Below, one piece after another: positions 41,097 through 50,768 of a DNA stretch of 64,000 nucleotides. Under the pieces are notes generated by a model. That model saw nothing but the letters and a program-made list of their open reading frames with translations, was not told the DNA's origin and did no database searches. The stretch is taken from assembly GCA_965216315.1 (NCBI GenBank), contig CBDCFN010000016.1, forward strand, positions 1,736,378 through 1,800,377, read 5' to 3'. The translations under genes were made by a program, and so were the position numbers. The stretch comes from a bacterium (GTDB lineage Bacteria; UBA10199; 2-02-FULL-50-16; JAJFLM01). Every line of letters starts with the position of its first letter. Position 1 is the first letter of the stretch.

Positions 41097-42134
41097 TTGA
41101 TGACAACGTACATTAATTTTGTTAAATTACGTATCACTATGCGATGGGGAATTGCGTTATTCTGCCTGCTGTTTGCCGTGACGCCGTTGAGCGGAAAACC
41201 GGCGGACGCAGAAGAAAAAGACCCACTGGCCAATAAATCGGCGATGGAAATCGTCATCATTGCCTCAGAGGGAATGGCGGAGTCGCTCGATAAGAGCACC
41301 AAGCTGGATGCGGTTCGTCAGGCCCTGAGTAAATCCCTCAAATTTGTGGCGAAAGACACGCATGTCGCCTTGCGTGTCAGCGGACATCGCGTTGCCAAAA
41401 GCGACGCCGAACAGAGCTGCGCCGACAGCGAGCTTATGATTCGCCCCGACGCAGGAACCATCGATGCGGTAGCGGCGAAACTCGGCGACATCCGCCCGCA
41501 AGGCAAACACTCGGTAGTGAAGAGCCTTTCCTTAGCGCTCGCCGACCTTGCCAAGTACGGCGGAACCAAAACCCTGATGCTCTTCACCGATGGCAAGGAC
41601 GACTGTCTCGACCAGGATCCCATCGCCTTTCTAGCCCCCGCATCGCTGAAAAACCAAAACTACGTGATCCACATTCGGGGTGTCGGACTCAGCGAAGACG
41701 CGGCTGCCTCCCTTAAAGCCATTGCCGATGGCACGGGCGGAACCTTCACGACGGCCAATGACAGTTCGACTCTGGCCCAACAAATGGGAATCAGCCCGGC
41801 AAAGGAAGCTCCTCCGCCTAAACCAGCTCAGCCAGGACAACCAGAAACGCCCATAGCTCCCAAACCGGGACAACCTGAGGCCCCCATAGCAAAGGCACCA
41901 CCACCGCCGCCTCCTCCGCCACCGACGTTAGACACGAAGAAGCTCGTGCGCGAGATAGTCAAAGAGGTCAACGCGGCGATCGCGAAAATGCCAAAACCTA
42001 AGGAACCAAAACCACTGCCACTACCTCCACCCAAAACTTTTTCAAAGGTCTCTCTGTTAATTATCGGCATTGAAACCCTCTTACTCATTCTTTCTTTTGC
42101 GGTCATTATTCTCCTAGCCATTAAGAAACGCTGA
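41097..42134 (+). CDS. Secreted von Willebrand factor A domain protein with a Pro-rich linker and a C-terminal TM anchor
   Basis: Signal peptide, VWA fold (LMLFTDGKDDC), PPKPAQPGQPETPIAPKPGQPEAPIAKAPPPPPPPPPT, terminal hydrophobic helix. Confidence 0.75.
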   Translation: MMTTYINFVKLRITMRWGIALFCLLFAVTPLSGKPADAEEKDPLANKSAMEIVIIASEGMAESLDKSTKLDAVRQALSKSLKFVAKDTHVALRVSGHRVAKSDAEQSCADSELMIRPDAGTIDAVAAKLGDIRPQGKHSVVKSLSLALADLAKYGGTKTLMLFTDGKDDCLDQDPIAFLAPASLKNQNYVIHIRGVGLSEDAAASLKAIADGTGGTFTTANDSSTLAQQMGISPAKEAPPPKPAQPGQPETPIAPKPGQPEAPIAKAPPPPPPPPPTLDTKKLVREIVKEVNAAIAKMPKPKEPKPLPLPPPKTFSKVSLLIIGIETLLLILSFAVIILLAIKKR

Positions 42135-42146
42135 GATTAGGATTCC

Positions 42147-42965
42147 GTGCGCAATCAAGACATAATCGACGTTCTGGAAGATTTTGCTCCTTTAGGTCTT
42201 GCTGAGGAATGGGATGCCGTCGGCCTCCAAGTAGGAGATCCACAGCAAGAATGCAATACGGTCGCCCTCGCCCTTGATCTCACCGCCGAGAACTTAGCTG
42301 AAGCGCAGGCGGTCGGAGCCAATATGATTGTCGTGCATCATCCTATTCTTATGCGCGCTACCAAGACGATTCGTTATGATCAGCCACTCGGACATCTTAT
42401 CCAACAATTATGTACCCACAAACTATCGCTCTACGTCATGCACACCAATCTTGATTCAACTCGCGGAGGGCTCAATGATCATCTGGCGAATGCAATCGGG
42501 CTAATCAACGTACGCAGTCTCTTACCTGCCCCTGCAACAACTCCCGAGCGTTTTCAGGGACAAGTTGTCGGGCTCGGCCGCATTGGTGAACTACAGGAAG
42601 GCATCCCCCTCGCTACTCTTGCAACACGGCTCCAAGAGGAGCTCCGCCCGGAAGCCCTGCGCATCATCGGGCCTGATCAGCGCCAGATTCAAAGTGTCGC
42701 TTTGTGCTCGGGAAGTGGTGGCTCCTTAGTCCATCAAGCCATTAACAGTGGAGCGGACTGTTATGTCACCGGTGACGTCAAATATCACCAGGCGCTTGAT
42801 GCGGAAGCGGCTGGGCTCTGCATTCTTGATGCCGGTCACTATGCCACCGAGATTTCAAGCATTGCCATTATGCAATCCGTCCTCACGACAAAATTTGGAA
42901 ATGATTTGAATATCGTACGCCTCGAAAAGGCACGTGATCCATTAAGAGCTTTTCATTCTGTCTAA
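42147..42965 (+). CDS. Nif3-family dinuclear metal centre protein (GTP cyclohydrolase 1 type 2 homolog)
   Basis: Nif3 N- and C-terminal halves with His-rich metal ligands (VVHHP ... MHTNLD ... GHYATE). Confidence 0.85.
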   Translation: MRNQDIIDVLEDFAPLGLAEEWDAVGLQVGDPQQECNTVALALDLTAENLAEAQAVGANMIVVHHPILMRATKTIRYDQPLGHLIQQLCTHKLSLYVMHTNLDSTRGGLNDHLANAIGLINVRSLLPAPATTPERFQGQVVGLGRIGELQEGIPLATLATRLQEELRPEALRIIGPDQRQIQSVALCSGSGGSLVHQAINSGADCYVTGDVKYHQALDAEAAGLCILDAGHYATEISSIAIMQSVLTTKFGNDLNIVRLEKARDPLRAFHSV

Positions 42966-43775
42966 TACACCTGCATAATATTCTGTTGCGCTAGCGTTAT
43001 CCCTTTTCGCAAAACCTTTAATCAGAATATCACAGCGTCTCCTAATATCACTCTTAACAATTTTTTTTTGTTCTTCATTGATAGCCGCATCATCCAAAAT
43101 CTTTAGTAGGGCCTGAATTCGATAACGATCCAAACCCCATTGACGCGATAGCTGGTCTTCATGGCCGCCACGCTTAATGGTCAAGGCATCACGCAGCGTT
43201 TCAACCTTAAAATGTAGCGCGATACGCAACCACAGGTCGTAGTCTTCGCACGCAGGCAATTCTTCATCAAAGTGGCCGCATCGATCAAAAACCTCGCGAT
43301 GGATCATGACTGCTGAGGGAGAAACCAGACATAAAGGAATCATTTCTTCAAAAACCCAACCGGACGGCTTACGGTGAATTTCCCGGGGATTGACGCGACG
43401 GCCATTACGAATCCAGATTTCTTCCGTCTGCAGGACCCGCAATGAGGAATCAGCCTGAATGGCGTCCCACTGTCGTCTAAGTTTATCCGGCACCCAGAGA
43501 TCATCGGAGTCGAGTAAGGCGATCCAATCGTAACGGGCTGCTGCGATTCCGCGATTGCGGGCGGCACTCACTCCTCGTTGATCCTGGTAAATGTATTCCA
43601 GTTCCATTGGAAATTCGCGACAGAGCGCTGCTGTCTGGTCCGTAGAGCCATCATCGACGACAATGAGCTCCAGCGGCTGCAGCGTCTGGTTTCGGACTGA
43701 TTCAAGGCATTCTCGAAGCCAGTCCGCCCGGTTATAGGTCGGAATGACCACGCTAATAGCAGGCTTTTTCATCAT
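42942..43775 (-). CDS. Family 2 glycosyltransferase
   Basis: ISVVIPTYNRADWL ... LIVVDDGSTDQT ... LDSDD motifs. Confidence 0.85.
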   Translation of the reverse strand: MMKKPAISVVIPTYNRADWLRECLESVRNQTLQPLELIVVDDGSTDQTAALCREFPMELEYIYQDQRGVSAARNRGIAAARYDWIALLDSDDLWVPDKLRRQWDAIQADSSLRVLQTEEIWIRNGRRVNPREIHRKPSGWVFEEMIPLCLVSPSAVMIHREVFDRCGHFDEELPACEDYDLWLRIALHFKVETLRDALTIKRGGHEDQLSRQWGLDRYRIQALLKILDDAAINEEQKKIVKSDIRRRCDILIKGFAKRDNASATEYYAGVLDRMKSS

Positions 43776-43845
43776 AACTAGCTAAAATCATTAATTTAAT
43801 TCTAACTGACGCATTGCGTCTTTTTCACGCAACTTCTAACGCACC

Positions 43846-45030
43846 GTGTCGATACTGGGCGGCACTATGTCGATCAATCCCGGTTTACTCATGCCGCGTG
43901 TGGCCCTCGTCCTCCCTGGAGATGCGATGTGGGGCGCCTTCCAAACAGCCTTTTCTATCGAACTTGCTGGGCAATTGGAAGGGCTCGGTTATGGGGCACA
44001 ACCCTTCGACTTAACCGTGGGGAGCTCGTCCGGTAGCCTCGTCGCAACCGTTGCGGCCGCGGGAACCAACATCGATCACGACCTTGCCCACGATAGCTGG
44101 GTCTCGTTTGCACAGCGCACAAACCGCAAGCGCGTTGTCATCCAACGAGCCTTGCGAGGAAAGTTTGCCCCTCCTCACCGCGAGGCCATGGCCGAAATTT
44201 TTTCAAGTGGACTCATTGACACCGCGGCAGCTTTTGCCAGCCGCAGCACCGTCGTCGTCTCGGCCAGCTACTTTGATAAGCACCGGACCCTTGAATCAAC
44301 AGGCCTGAGCGCTGCGGCTCTGCTGGATAGCCTGCGTCACCTGTTAAATAGACATCATTCACGCGGAACAGCGGAATTAAGCGATCGATTCGTTCGACTC
44401 ATCGAGACAAGCGCGGAAATATTTTCGCCACGCTACTTTACTAGTAAAAGTTGGAGGGATCACACTGAGGAACAATTACCGGCGCAATGGAACATACTGC
44501 GCGATAAAGATGAATTCCTTCAAGCCGTCATGGCGTCATCCTTAGTTCCTTATCTCTATGGCAAGCCCGAAGACGTTCTGGGAGAAACACTTATTGATGG
44601 CGTATTTTCGGACAACGCTCCCGTGGAATTAGCGTTCCTTTTTGGAGCCACGCACGTCTTTGTCGTCAATAGCAGCCGTAAAGGCAATGTGTTTCCACGA
44701 CCCGTGCAAAGTCTCATCCGCCGCGGACTCTTCAAGGCTATTCAAACATCACCGCGTCTTGCTGAAAGGCTGCCCTTGGAACCTGCCGCTCCACTGGACA
44801 TTAAAGCGCTGGAGCAACGCTATCCGGGCCAGCACATCCATGTTATTTCCCCAAAGAAAGCCCCTTCGGTAAACCGTTTTTTTGCCCGACCGGAGACAGT
44901 CTCTCATATCTACGCATTGGGGCGTCAAGCGGCCCATGATATCAGGCACTTACTGCCGCCCCCCCTCCACAACTTCAGGTCGAGCCACGCTAGCAACAAA
45001 TCTCATCGCAATACGATAGACGCTGCATGA
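43846..45030 (+). CDS. Patatin-like phospholipase paralogue 1 (394 aa) with a degenerate oxyanion motif
   Basis: GxSxG nucleophile elbow VGSSSGS; catalytic DG motif DGVFSDNAPV. PGDAMWG replaces GGGxR/K. C-terminal extension of about 130 aa. Confidence 0.7.
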   Translation: MSILGGTMSINPGLLMPRVALVLPGDAMWGAFQTAFSIELAGQLEGLGYGAQPFDLTVGSSSGSLVATVAAAGTNIDHDLAHDSWVSFAQRTNRKRVVIQRALRGKFAPPHREAMAEIFSSGLIDTAAAFASRSTVVVSASYFDKHRTLESTGLSAAALLDSLRHLLNRHHSRGTAELSDRFVRLIETSAEIFSPRYFTSKSWRDHTEEQLPAQWNILRDKDEFLQAVMASSLVPYLYGKPEDVLGETLIDGVFSDNAPVELAFLFGATHVFVVNSSRKGNVFPRPVQSLIRRGLFKAIQTSPRLAERLPLEPAAPLDIKALEQRYPGQHIHVISPKKAPSVNRFFARPETVSHIYALGRQAAHDIRHLLPPPLHNFRSSHASNKSHRNTIDAA

Positions 45031-46178
45031 GCATAGCCGTAGTGATCCAGGGTGAGGCCATCTGGGGGGCATTCTCCCATGGGGCCCTGAATCAATTGAC
45101 CCAACACCTTCAAGCCGCCGGCCATGACGAAACGCCGTATCAATTAGCCGTCGGCAGTTCGACCGGCAGCCTTCTGGCCGCCATTGCATCACTTCCTCCT
45201 CACGCTCACGAAGAAACCCGCGCAGCTTGGATGGCGCTGGGTCGAGCCGGTACCGGCGTGCGCTCGCTAGGACGACGTCTACTACAGCGCAATTTTAGCA
45301 ATCCGCATGAAGCGGCACTACAATATATCATCGAGCATCAACTTCCCAGTGGTCGACAGCTCGTCAACATCAATGATGTTCTGACTAGTGACACTCTTTC
45401 GGTCATTGTCACCAGTGATTTTGAACTCACACAATTTCTAGACGCCACCGAAGCCGCCTTCAATCTAGTTGAACACGGTCTGCACCGTTTTCTTAAGAGT
45501 GACGAAACTCTCTCACCTGAAAGAATGAGCCACCTACTTCACACAAGTGCGAATCTGTTTGCGCCGCGTTACTTCGCCACGGGACCCTGGCCCGTAACCC
45601 ATGCAGACGACGAACCGGAACAATGGCAAATCATGCGAGATGAAGCCGAAGTACGAACGGCAATTGCGGGATCGACCCGTATCCCCCTCTTCTTCGGAGG
45701 CCCTGTCGGCCTTGGCAATAGTCGCCTCTTTGATGGGGCCTTTGCGGACAACGTCCCCGTCGAGCTAGCACTGCGTTATGGAGCCGAAGATGTCTTTATC
45801 ATTACAAGCAGCCACCGAGGCAATATCTATGAGCGCCCGGCACAGAGTATGCTGCAGCGACAAATACGGAATGCCTTAGGCGTCTCCGGTGCCCTCGCGG
45901 ACTTCCTGACTTCGTCGGAGCGAACCCGTGGCCTTGGCGAACGCTTGGGTCATCTGGGCGAACTGTGGAATGAGATCCCTAAGCCGCGTCCTTTGGACCT
46001 TGATGCCCTCCGCAGCGCCTACCCGAATCAGCGCATTCATGTCATCCACCCGCCGCGCAACACTCCGGGAGTCATGCGCTTTGGCGAGTGGCGCCCTGAA
46101 ATCATTGGCGAGCTTTATGACCTAGGTACTCAAGCGACTGATCTACATGAAGACGCCATTATCTCGACTTCTTATTGA
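45027..46178 (+). CDS. Patatin-like phospholipase paralogue 2 (383 aa)
   Basis: VGSSTGS and DGAFADNVPV, same architecture as paralogue 1. ATGA overlap with the paralogue 1 stop. Confidence 0.7.
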   Translation: MSIAVVIQGEAIWGAFSHGALNQLTQHLQAAGHDETPYQLAVGSSTGSLLAAIASLPPHAHEETRAAWMALGRAGTGVRSLGRRLLQRNFSNPHEAALQYIIEHQLPSGRQLVNINDVLTSDTLSVIVTSDFELTQFLDATEAAFNLVEHGLHRFLKSDETLSPERMSHLLHTSANLFAPRYFATGPWPVTHADDEPEQWQIMRDEAEVRTAIAGSTRIPLFFGGPVGLGNSRLFDGAFADNVPVELALRYGAEDVFIITSSHRGNIYERPAQSMLQRQIRNALGVSGALADFLTSSERTRGLGERLGHLGELWNEIPKPRPLDLDALRSAYPNQRIHVIHPPRNTPGVMRFGEWRPEIIGELYDLGTQATDLHEDAIISTSY

Positions 46179-46954
46179 CCGATTTCCGACAAGAACTTAT
46201 CGAGACTCTCAATATATTTCTCGGCATCGGCATGGATGCCCCCGTGTTCCGTGCCTTCAAAAGTCACCATGCGCTTGGGATGCGGGGCGGCTTCATAGAG
46301 AATCTTGCCCATGTGATATGGCACGACATTATCTTCCTTGCCATGCATGATTAACAGCGGCTCATGCAACTCTTTGATCAGATCAATCGATCGGTAGACA
46401 TCGGGTGCCAAGCCGGAGATGATCGAATAGGCGGACTTCGCCATATCTTTAATCGAAGTGAAGGTGCTATCCAAGATGAGAGCTGCGTATTTTTTCTTAG
46501 CAGCAACCTGCACCGCCATTGCTCCGCCAAGCGATTCCCCGTACAAAATGATATGATTTGGATCTATGTCGGATCGTGAGAGCACATATTCGTAAGCCGC
46601 TATCGAATCACCAACAACGCCATTAAGACTTGGCGACCCTTCGCTGCCACCATAGCCACGATAATCGAAAATAAAGACATTCATGCCTAAACCATGAAGC
46701 AATTTTATTTTAGGCAGACGATCGCCTATATTGCCGGCATTCCCGTGATAAAAAATGAGGGTTCGGTTAGGCGGTCCTCCGGGAAAGAACCAACCATGCA
46801 ATTTGAGTCCATCCGTGGATTCAACAAAGACTTCCTCAAATTTCAGATCCCATTCTTGAGGATAAAGGGAGACAAGTTTATCAGGGAAAAAAATGAATTT
46901 GATGGCGAGCCAAGTGAGCATATTGGTCACAATGTTGCCACTATACCGAATCAC
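46172..46954 (-). CDS. Alpha/beta hydrolase (serine hydrolase)
   Basis: HGNAGN oxyanion region and GESLGG nucleophile elbow. Confidence 0.8.
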   Translation of the reverse strand: MIRYSGNIVTNMLTWLAIKFIFFPDKLVSLYPQEWDLKFEEVFVESTDGLKLHGWFFPGGPPNRTLIFYHGNAGNIGDRLPKIKLLHGLGMNVFIFDYRGYGGSEGSPSLNGVVGDSIAAYEYVLSRSDIDPNHIILYGESLGGAMAVQVAAKKKYAALILDSTFTSIKDMAKSAYSIISGLAPDVYRSIDLIKELHEPLLIMHGKEDNVVPYHMGKILYEAAPHPKRMVTFEGTEHGGIHADAEKYIESLDKFLSEIGQ

Positions 46955-46990
46955 AAGGGTTTTTGTATAGTTTTTGGAGGGCGTGATTCA

Positions 46991-47728
46991 TCATGCTTTT
47001 ACCAGATTCTTCAAATTTGCGACCTCCGTCGCGGTCAGCACCCGATATTTGCCCGGCTCAATCCCATCGACAGCAAGCGACCCGATAGCGACGCGGACTA
47101 GACGCAGCACCGTATGCCCGACGGCCTCGCAGAGACGGCGCACAATGCGATTACGTCCCTCGGTCACGGCAATTTCGAGCCAACAGTTGTGGGGATTCTG
47201 CTTGATGATTTGAGCGGATACGGCGCGTGCCGGGCCGTCCTCCAACGAAACGCCTTCCAGCAACTCAGTAAGCTTCTTTTTATCAATGAGGCCCTTTATT
47301 TTGACGTGATAAATTTTAGAAACTTCCGATGAGGGATGTGTGAGCTGGTGTTGCAGTTCGCCGTCATTAGTTAGCAATAAGAGACCTTCCGAATCAAAAT
47401 CGAGTCGACCGACTGGATGCAGTAATGTTGGTAGCTCTTTTAAATAGTCGTAGATCAAAGGGCGGTCCCCGGGGTCATTCCGTGCTACGAGCACATTGCG
47501 AGGTTTATGAAAGGCATAATAAAATAGTGACGCCTTGCTGGGCAGAGGTTCACCGTCAACCGTAATTTTATCAGTAACCGAATCCGCCTTGGTCCCCGCC
47601 TCGGTTACAACCGAACCGTTGACGCTCACCCGCCCAGCTGCAATCCATTGCTCCGCTTCCCGCCTTGAAGCCACCCCACTCTTCGCAATGATTTTCTGCA
47701 ATCGTTCCCTAATGCTCACACCCCTCAA
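46991..47728 (-). CDS. RluB/RsuA-family pseudouridine synthase with an N-terminal S4 domain
   Basis: S4 (SGVASRREAEQWIAAGRVSVNG) plus catalytic HPVGRLDFDSEGLLLLTNDG. Confidence 0.88.
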   Translation of the reverse strand: MRGVSIRERLQKIIAKSGVASRREAEQWIAAGRVSVNGSVVTEAGTKADSVTDKITVDGEPLPSKASLFYYAFHKPRNVLVARNDPGDRPLIYDYLKELPTLLHPVGRLDFDSEGLLLLTNDGELQHQLTHPSSEVSKIYHVKIKGLIDKKKLTELLEGVSLEDGPARAVSAQIIKQNPHNCWLEIAVTEGRNRIVRRLCEAVGHTVLRLVRVAIGSLAVDGIEPGKYRVLTATEVANLKNLVKA

Positions 47729-48656
47729 TATATTCTTTGTCCGCTAAAAATTCTCGCAAGCGTTTATGAAATAACTTGGGTTGTTCTAGCATTGGGTAGT
47801 GCCCGCATTCAGGAATGATAGCCAGACGCGCTAACGGAACTTCTTTGTGTATTTTCAACGCAAGATCCGCCGGAAGCAACGTATCGTCTTCACCCCAAAC
47901 TACCAGCATAGGGGTTCGAATTACGGCCAGTTCCCCATGCACGGTAAAATGCATGAGATTCGCGGCCGCATTCTGCAAAGTGTGGCGTATCAGTTTCCAT
48001 TCCGGATCATCCGGTAGGCCTTGCGCATGAAAGATCATATCGAGCACCGCGTCCGTTCGTTGAACAGCGCATCGCTCCAGGCTCTTGGCCAACATGCTGC
48101 GAGCAAAAGGCGAACGTAACATGAACCCAGCTATCGTCCGCAACACACGATGTTGGGGGATACGTATCCCTGCAGGAGCAACAACCCCTACACGCACGAC
48201 AGGACCTGGATCTTCAATTAAGTAACGTAGAACCGTGGCCCCTCCCAACGAATGACCGATCAAAGTCAATGCTTTCAAATCAAGTTTTTCAATGAGCTCT
48301 CGCAATATACGTGCATAGAAACGAATACTGTAACTCTCATGGCCCTTATCACTTTTACCGAAACCTGGTAGATCAACAGCCATCACGCGATAGTCAGCTG
48401 AAAGGTCCTCAATCGTTTGCGACCACCGACCTATATGCGCCCCCAACCCATGAACTAAAAGCAACAGGGGCCCTGATCCTTTTTCGGTAATGCACACGCG
48501 TCCGCAGGATAACTCGACAAACCGCTCTTCTCCGACGTAAACACGGTCAGCAAGATTCGTATAGCAACGCCCTTCCATTTCATGTTCATCTAAGGGGCGT
48601 CCCGAAAAAAAGGCTTTGATCGCGTATGAAATGTGTTTTTGCTTGGGCGGCGCCAT
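47709..48656 (-). CDS. Alpha/beta hydrolase fold protein
   Basis: LLLVHGLGAH ... LIGHSLGG motifs. Confidence 0.8.
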   Translation of the reverse strand: MAPPKQKHISYAIKAFFSGRPLDEHEMEGRCYTNLADRVYVGEERFVELSCGRVCITEKGSGPLLLLVHGLGAHIGRWSQTIEDLSADYRVMAVDLPGFGKSDKGHESYSIRFYARILRELIEKLDLKALTLIGHSLGGATVLRYLIEDPGPVVRVGVVAPAGIRIPQHRVLRTIAGFMLRSPFARSMLAKSLERCAVQRTDAVLDMIFHAQGLPDDPEWKLIRHTLQNAAANLMHFTVHGELAVIRTPMLVVWGEDDTLLPADLALKIHKEVPLARLAIIPECGHYPMLEQPKLFHKRLREFLADKEYIEGCEH

Positions 48657-48770
48657 GCTTCTAAAATACCCGATTGCCTACCCATGTGGCAAGGGAAGGC
48701 TTATCATTTCAAGGACTTATAAAAGCACCCATCACTTGTTCTTGATCACATATCCCGGTATCGTCTGAGT

Positions 48771-49133
48771 ATGGGTCAGGAATGTATCTTATTAATTGCA
48801 CATGGCAGTCGTGCCAACCTCGCGAATGAGGAAGTCGCCGCGCTCGCCAACCAACTTGCGGAGGAAACCGGCACTCATGTTGAGGTCGCGTTTCTCGACA
48901 AAATCGCCCAACCGAACATTCCGGAAATGATCGATAAAATTGCCGCATCAGGAACTCAGAAAATCATCGTGCTTCCCTATTTTCTTAATACAGGGATGCA
49001 TGTTCAGAGGGATATCCCGGAAATAGTCAGCGCAAGCCAAAAAAAATATCCGCAATTAGCAATCTCAATAAAAGAGCACTTCGGTTCAAGTGGCCACGTC
49101 TTGGAATTACTCAAGAAAATTCTAGAAGAATAA
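48771..49133 (+). CDS. CbiX/SirB-type (sirohydrochlorin) chelatase, small form
   Basis: 120 aa; LLIAHGSR ... catalytic His and VLPYFL motif. Confidence 0.75.
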   Translation: MGQECILLIAHGSRANLANEEVAALANQLAEETGTHVEVAFLDKIAQPNIPEMIDKIAASGTQKIIVLPYFLNTGMHVQRDIPEIVSASQKKYPQLAISIKEHFGSSGHVLELLKKILEE

Positions 49134-49170
49134 AAAAGCCCCGGCGGGTTTTATCCCACCGGGGCCTTTC
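49132..49170. terminator. Bidirectional intrinsic terminator between cbiX (+) and the porin gene (-)
   Basis: GCCCCGGCGGG-UUUUAU-CCCACCGGGGC, an 11-bp stem with one mismatch. A-run on one side and a CTTTC run on the other gives a U-tract for the minus-strand porin transcript. Confidence 0.6.
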
Positions 49171-49191
49171 ATGAGCATTTACGCTTCGAAC

Positions 49192-50340
49192 TTAGAAGTC
49201 GTAGTAGAACGCTCCAGCCACGCCATAGACATGGTACTTACCACCGGCAGACGCTTTACCAAGGTCATAACGACCTTCGATGGAGAAGCGTGCGCCATCC
49301 GTGATTTCGTAACCTGTCGCAAGCGTCAGGTCATGTTGTTGACCTGCGAATGCACCGGTACCGACACCAGCAACCATCGGGTTAGCAGGCACAATGCCTA
49401 CGCCGCCCGCTTGGCCGTTGTCCAGATCCCAGAGGAAACCATAACGAAGGGTTCCATCCCAGATGTCGGAGAATGCATAACGGAACTGAAGAGTACCAGC
49501 CATATACTGGAAGTTCTCTGTTCCGGGACCACCGGCACTATTGTCCTGACGGTAGAGACCTTCAAGATCAATATAGAAGCCTTCGGTCACGTTAATGGCC
49601 GCAGCAAGGTCACCAGCAAAGCTGTAACCTTTCTTAGTGGCACGCTCAGGTCCGATCATACCTGTAAAACGGACCCAAGATCCTTCGCCAGCTTCGGCAT
49701 TGGACCATTCCACGTTGAAACCACCAGACGGCATATCCGTGGTGACACCAACGCCGGCATCCTGAAGATCATTGACGATAAAGACGTCAAGTGACCAATT
49801 TTCATTGAAGCCGTAGTAGAAGTTTAAACCGGTAATGTTGTGCGGTAACAGTGCACGGTGAATCGTGCTGAACGAAATCGTGCTCAGCTCGTTTCGATCG
49901 ATAGGATCGAGACCGATACCACTGTTAAAGCGACCGAATAACAGCTCACCGCCGTTACCGATCGGCACGTTCACAGTCACATAAGCTTGCTCAACACCTA
50001 CTTGACCCGCAGCAGGACCAACGCGGTTACCTGCCGGAGTAAAGTCGATATCAGCACGCAGACGGATATTTTCTCCGAACTGCTTAGCTAAGTCCAATTC
50101 CACTTCATCAACGAAGAAATGGAACTGATCCGTGGTGGCCGCACCTGGAGCAACCAGACCGTCATTCAACAGTCCAGCGGCTTGACCTGGTGCAATGGCA
50201 GAACTCCCGTGGGTGCGCTGCCAACCGTCAACGATATTCACGTGTCCAGAGATCTCAAGATCTCCTTCAGCACGCGCATCGCTCACGCCCATGAGGCCAG
50301 CCACGGCAACAACAAGTGCCATAGCTATGAATTTCTTCAT
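49192..50340 (-). CDS. Outer-membrane porin-like beta-barrel protein
   Basis: Signal peptide ending DARA, alternating amphipathic strands, terminal ...GAFYYDF. Confidence 0.75.
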   Translation of the reverse strand: MKKFIAMALVVAVAGLMGVSDARAEGDLEISGHVNIVDGWQRTHGSSAIAPGQAAGLLNDGLVAPGAATTDQFHFFVDEVELDLAKQFGENIRLRADIDFTPAGNRVGPAAGQVGVEQAYVTVNVPIGNGGELLFGRFNSGIGLDPIDRNELSTISFSTIHRALLPHNITGLNFYYGFNENWSLDVFIVNDLQDAGVGVTTDMPSGGFNVEWSNAEAGEGSWVRFTGMIGPERATKKGYSFAGDLAAAINVTEGFYIDLEGLYRQDNSAGGPGTENFQYMAGTLQFRYAFSDIWDGTLRYGFLWDLDNGQAGGVGIVPANPMVAGVGTGAFAGQQHDLTLATGYEITDGARFSIEGRYDLGKASAGGKYHVYGVAGAFYYDF

Positions 50341-50768
50341 GGAGTACTCTCCTTAAGTTTGATTATTAACACGCCTTAACTTTTGTAACACTGGGCCCGG
50401 TTAGGGTGGAACACCCGCCCCAAAGCCCAAACTCTTAAAAATTTTTTATTAGGTGCAGCGTAAAAAACCCCTCAAAACGGCCCGAATGGTTGCGACCGCC
50501 TCCTGAGAAGGTTCCAACTGAAAATGATGCTTGCTACTGCCAACCCTAATTTGCCGGCTTAGATACAGAATATTCCCCCCCCTGTCAAGCTTAACTAGTG
50601 TTATCTCTTTTTAGCTTTCGGGTTAATCTTATACTAAAATAGCAATTAAATTAAGTAAAATTATACGACAATTACTGCATTGCGTCATAGCTTTTATTTT
50701 GCGCTCATTTCGTTCGGTAAAGTGAGAAATTGCGATTCGCAGGAAAAAGCTCTCGCTGATGAACGCCT

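Noticed and set aside
41828-42121. Minus-strand ORF encoding poly-Gly (GGGGGGGGG)
   Set aside because: It is the antisense reading of the Pro-rich (CCN-codon) linker of the VWA protein, a low-complexity artefact.
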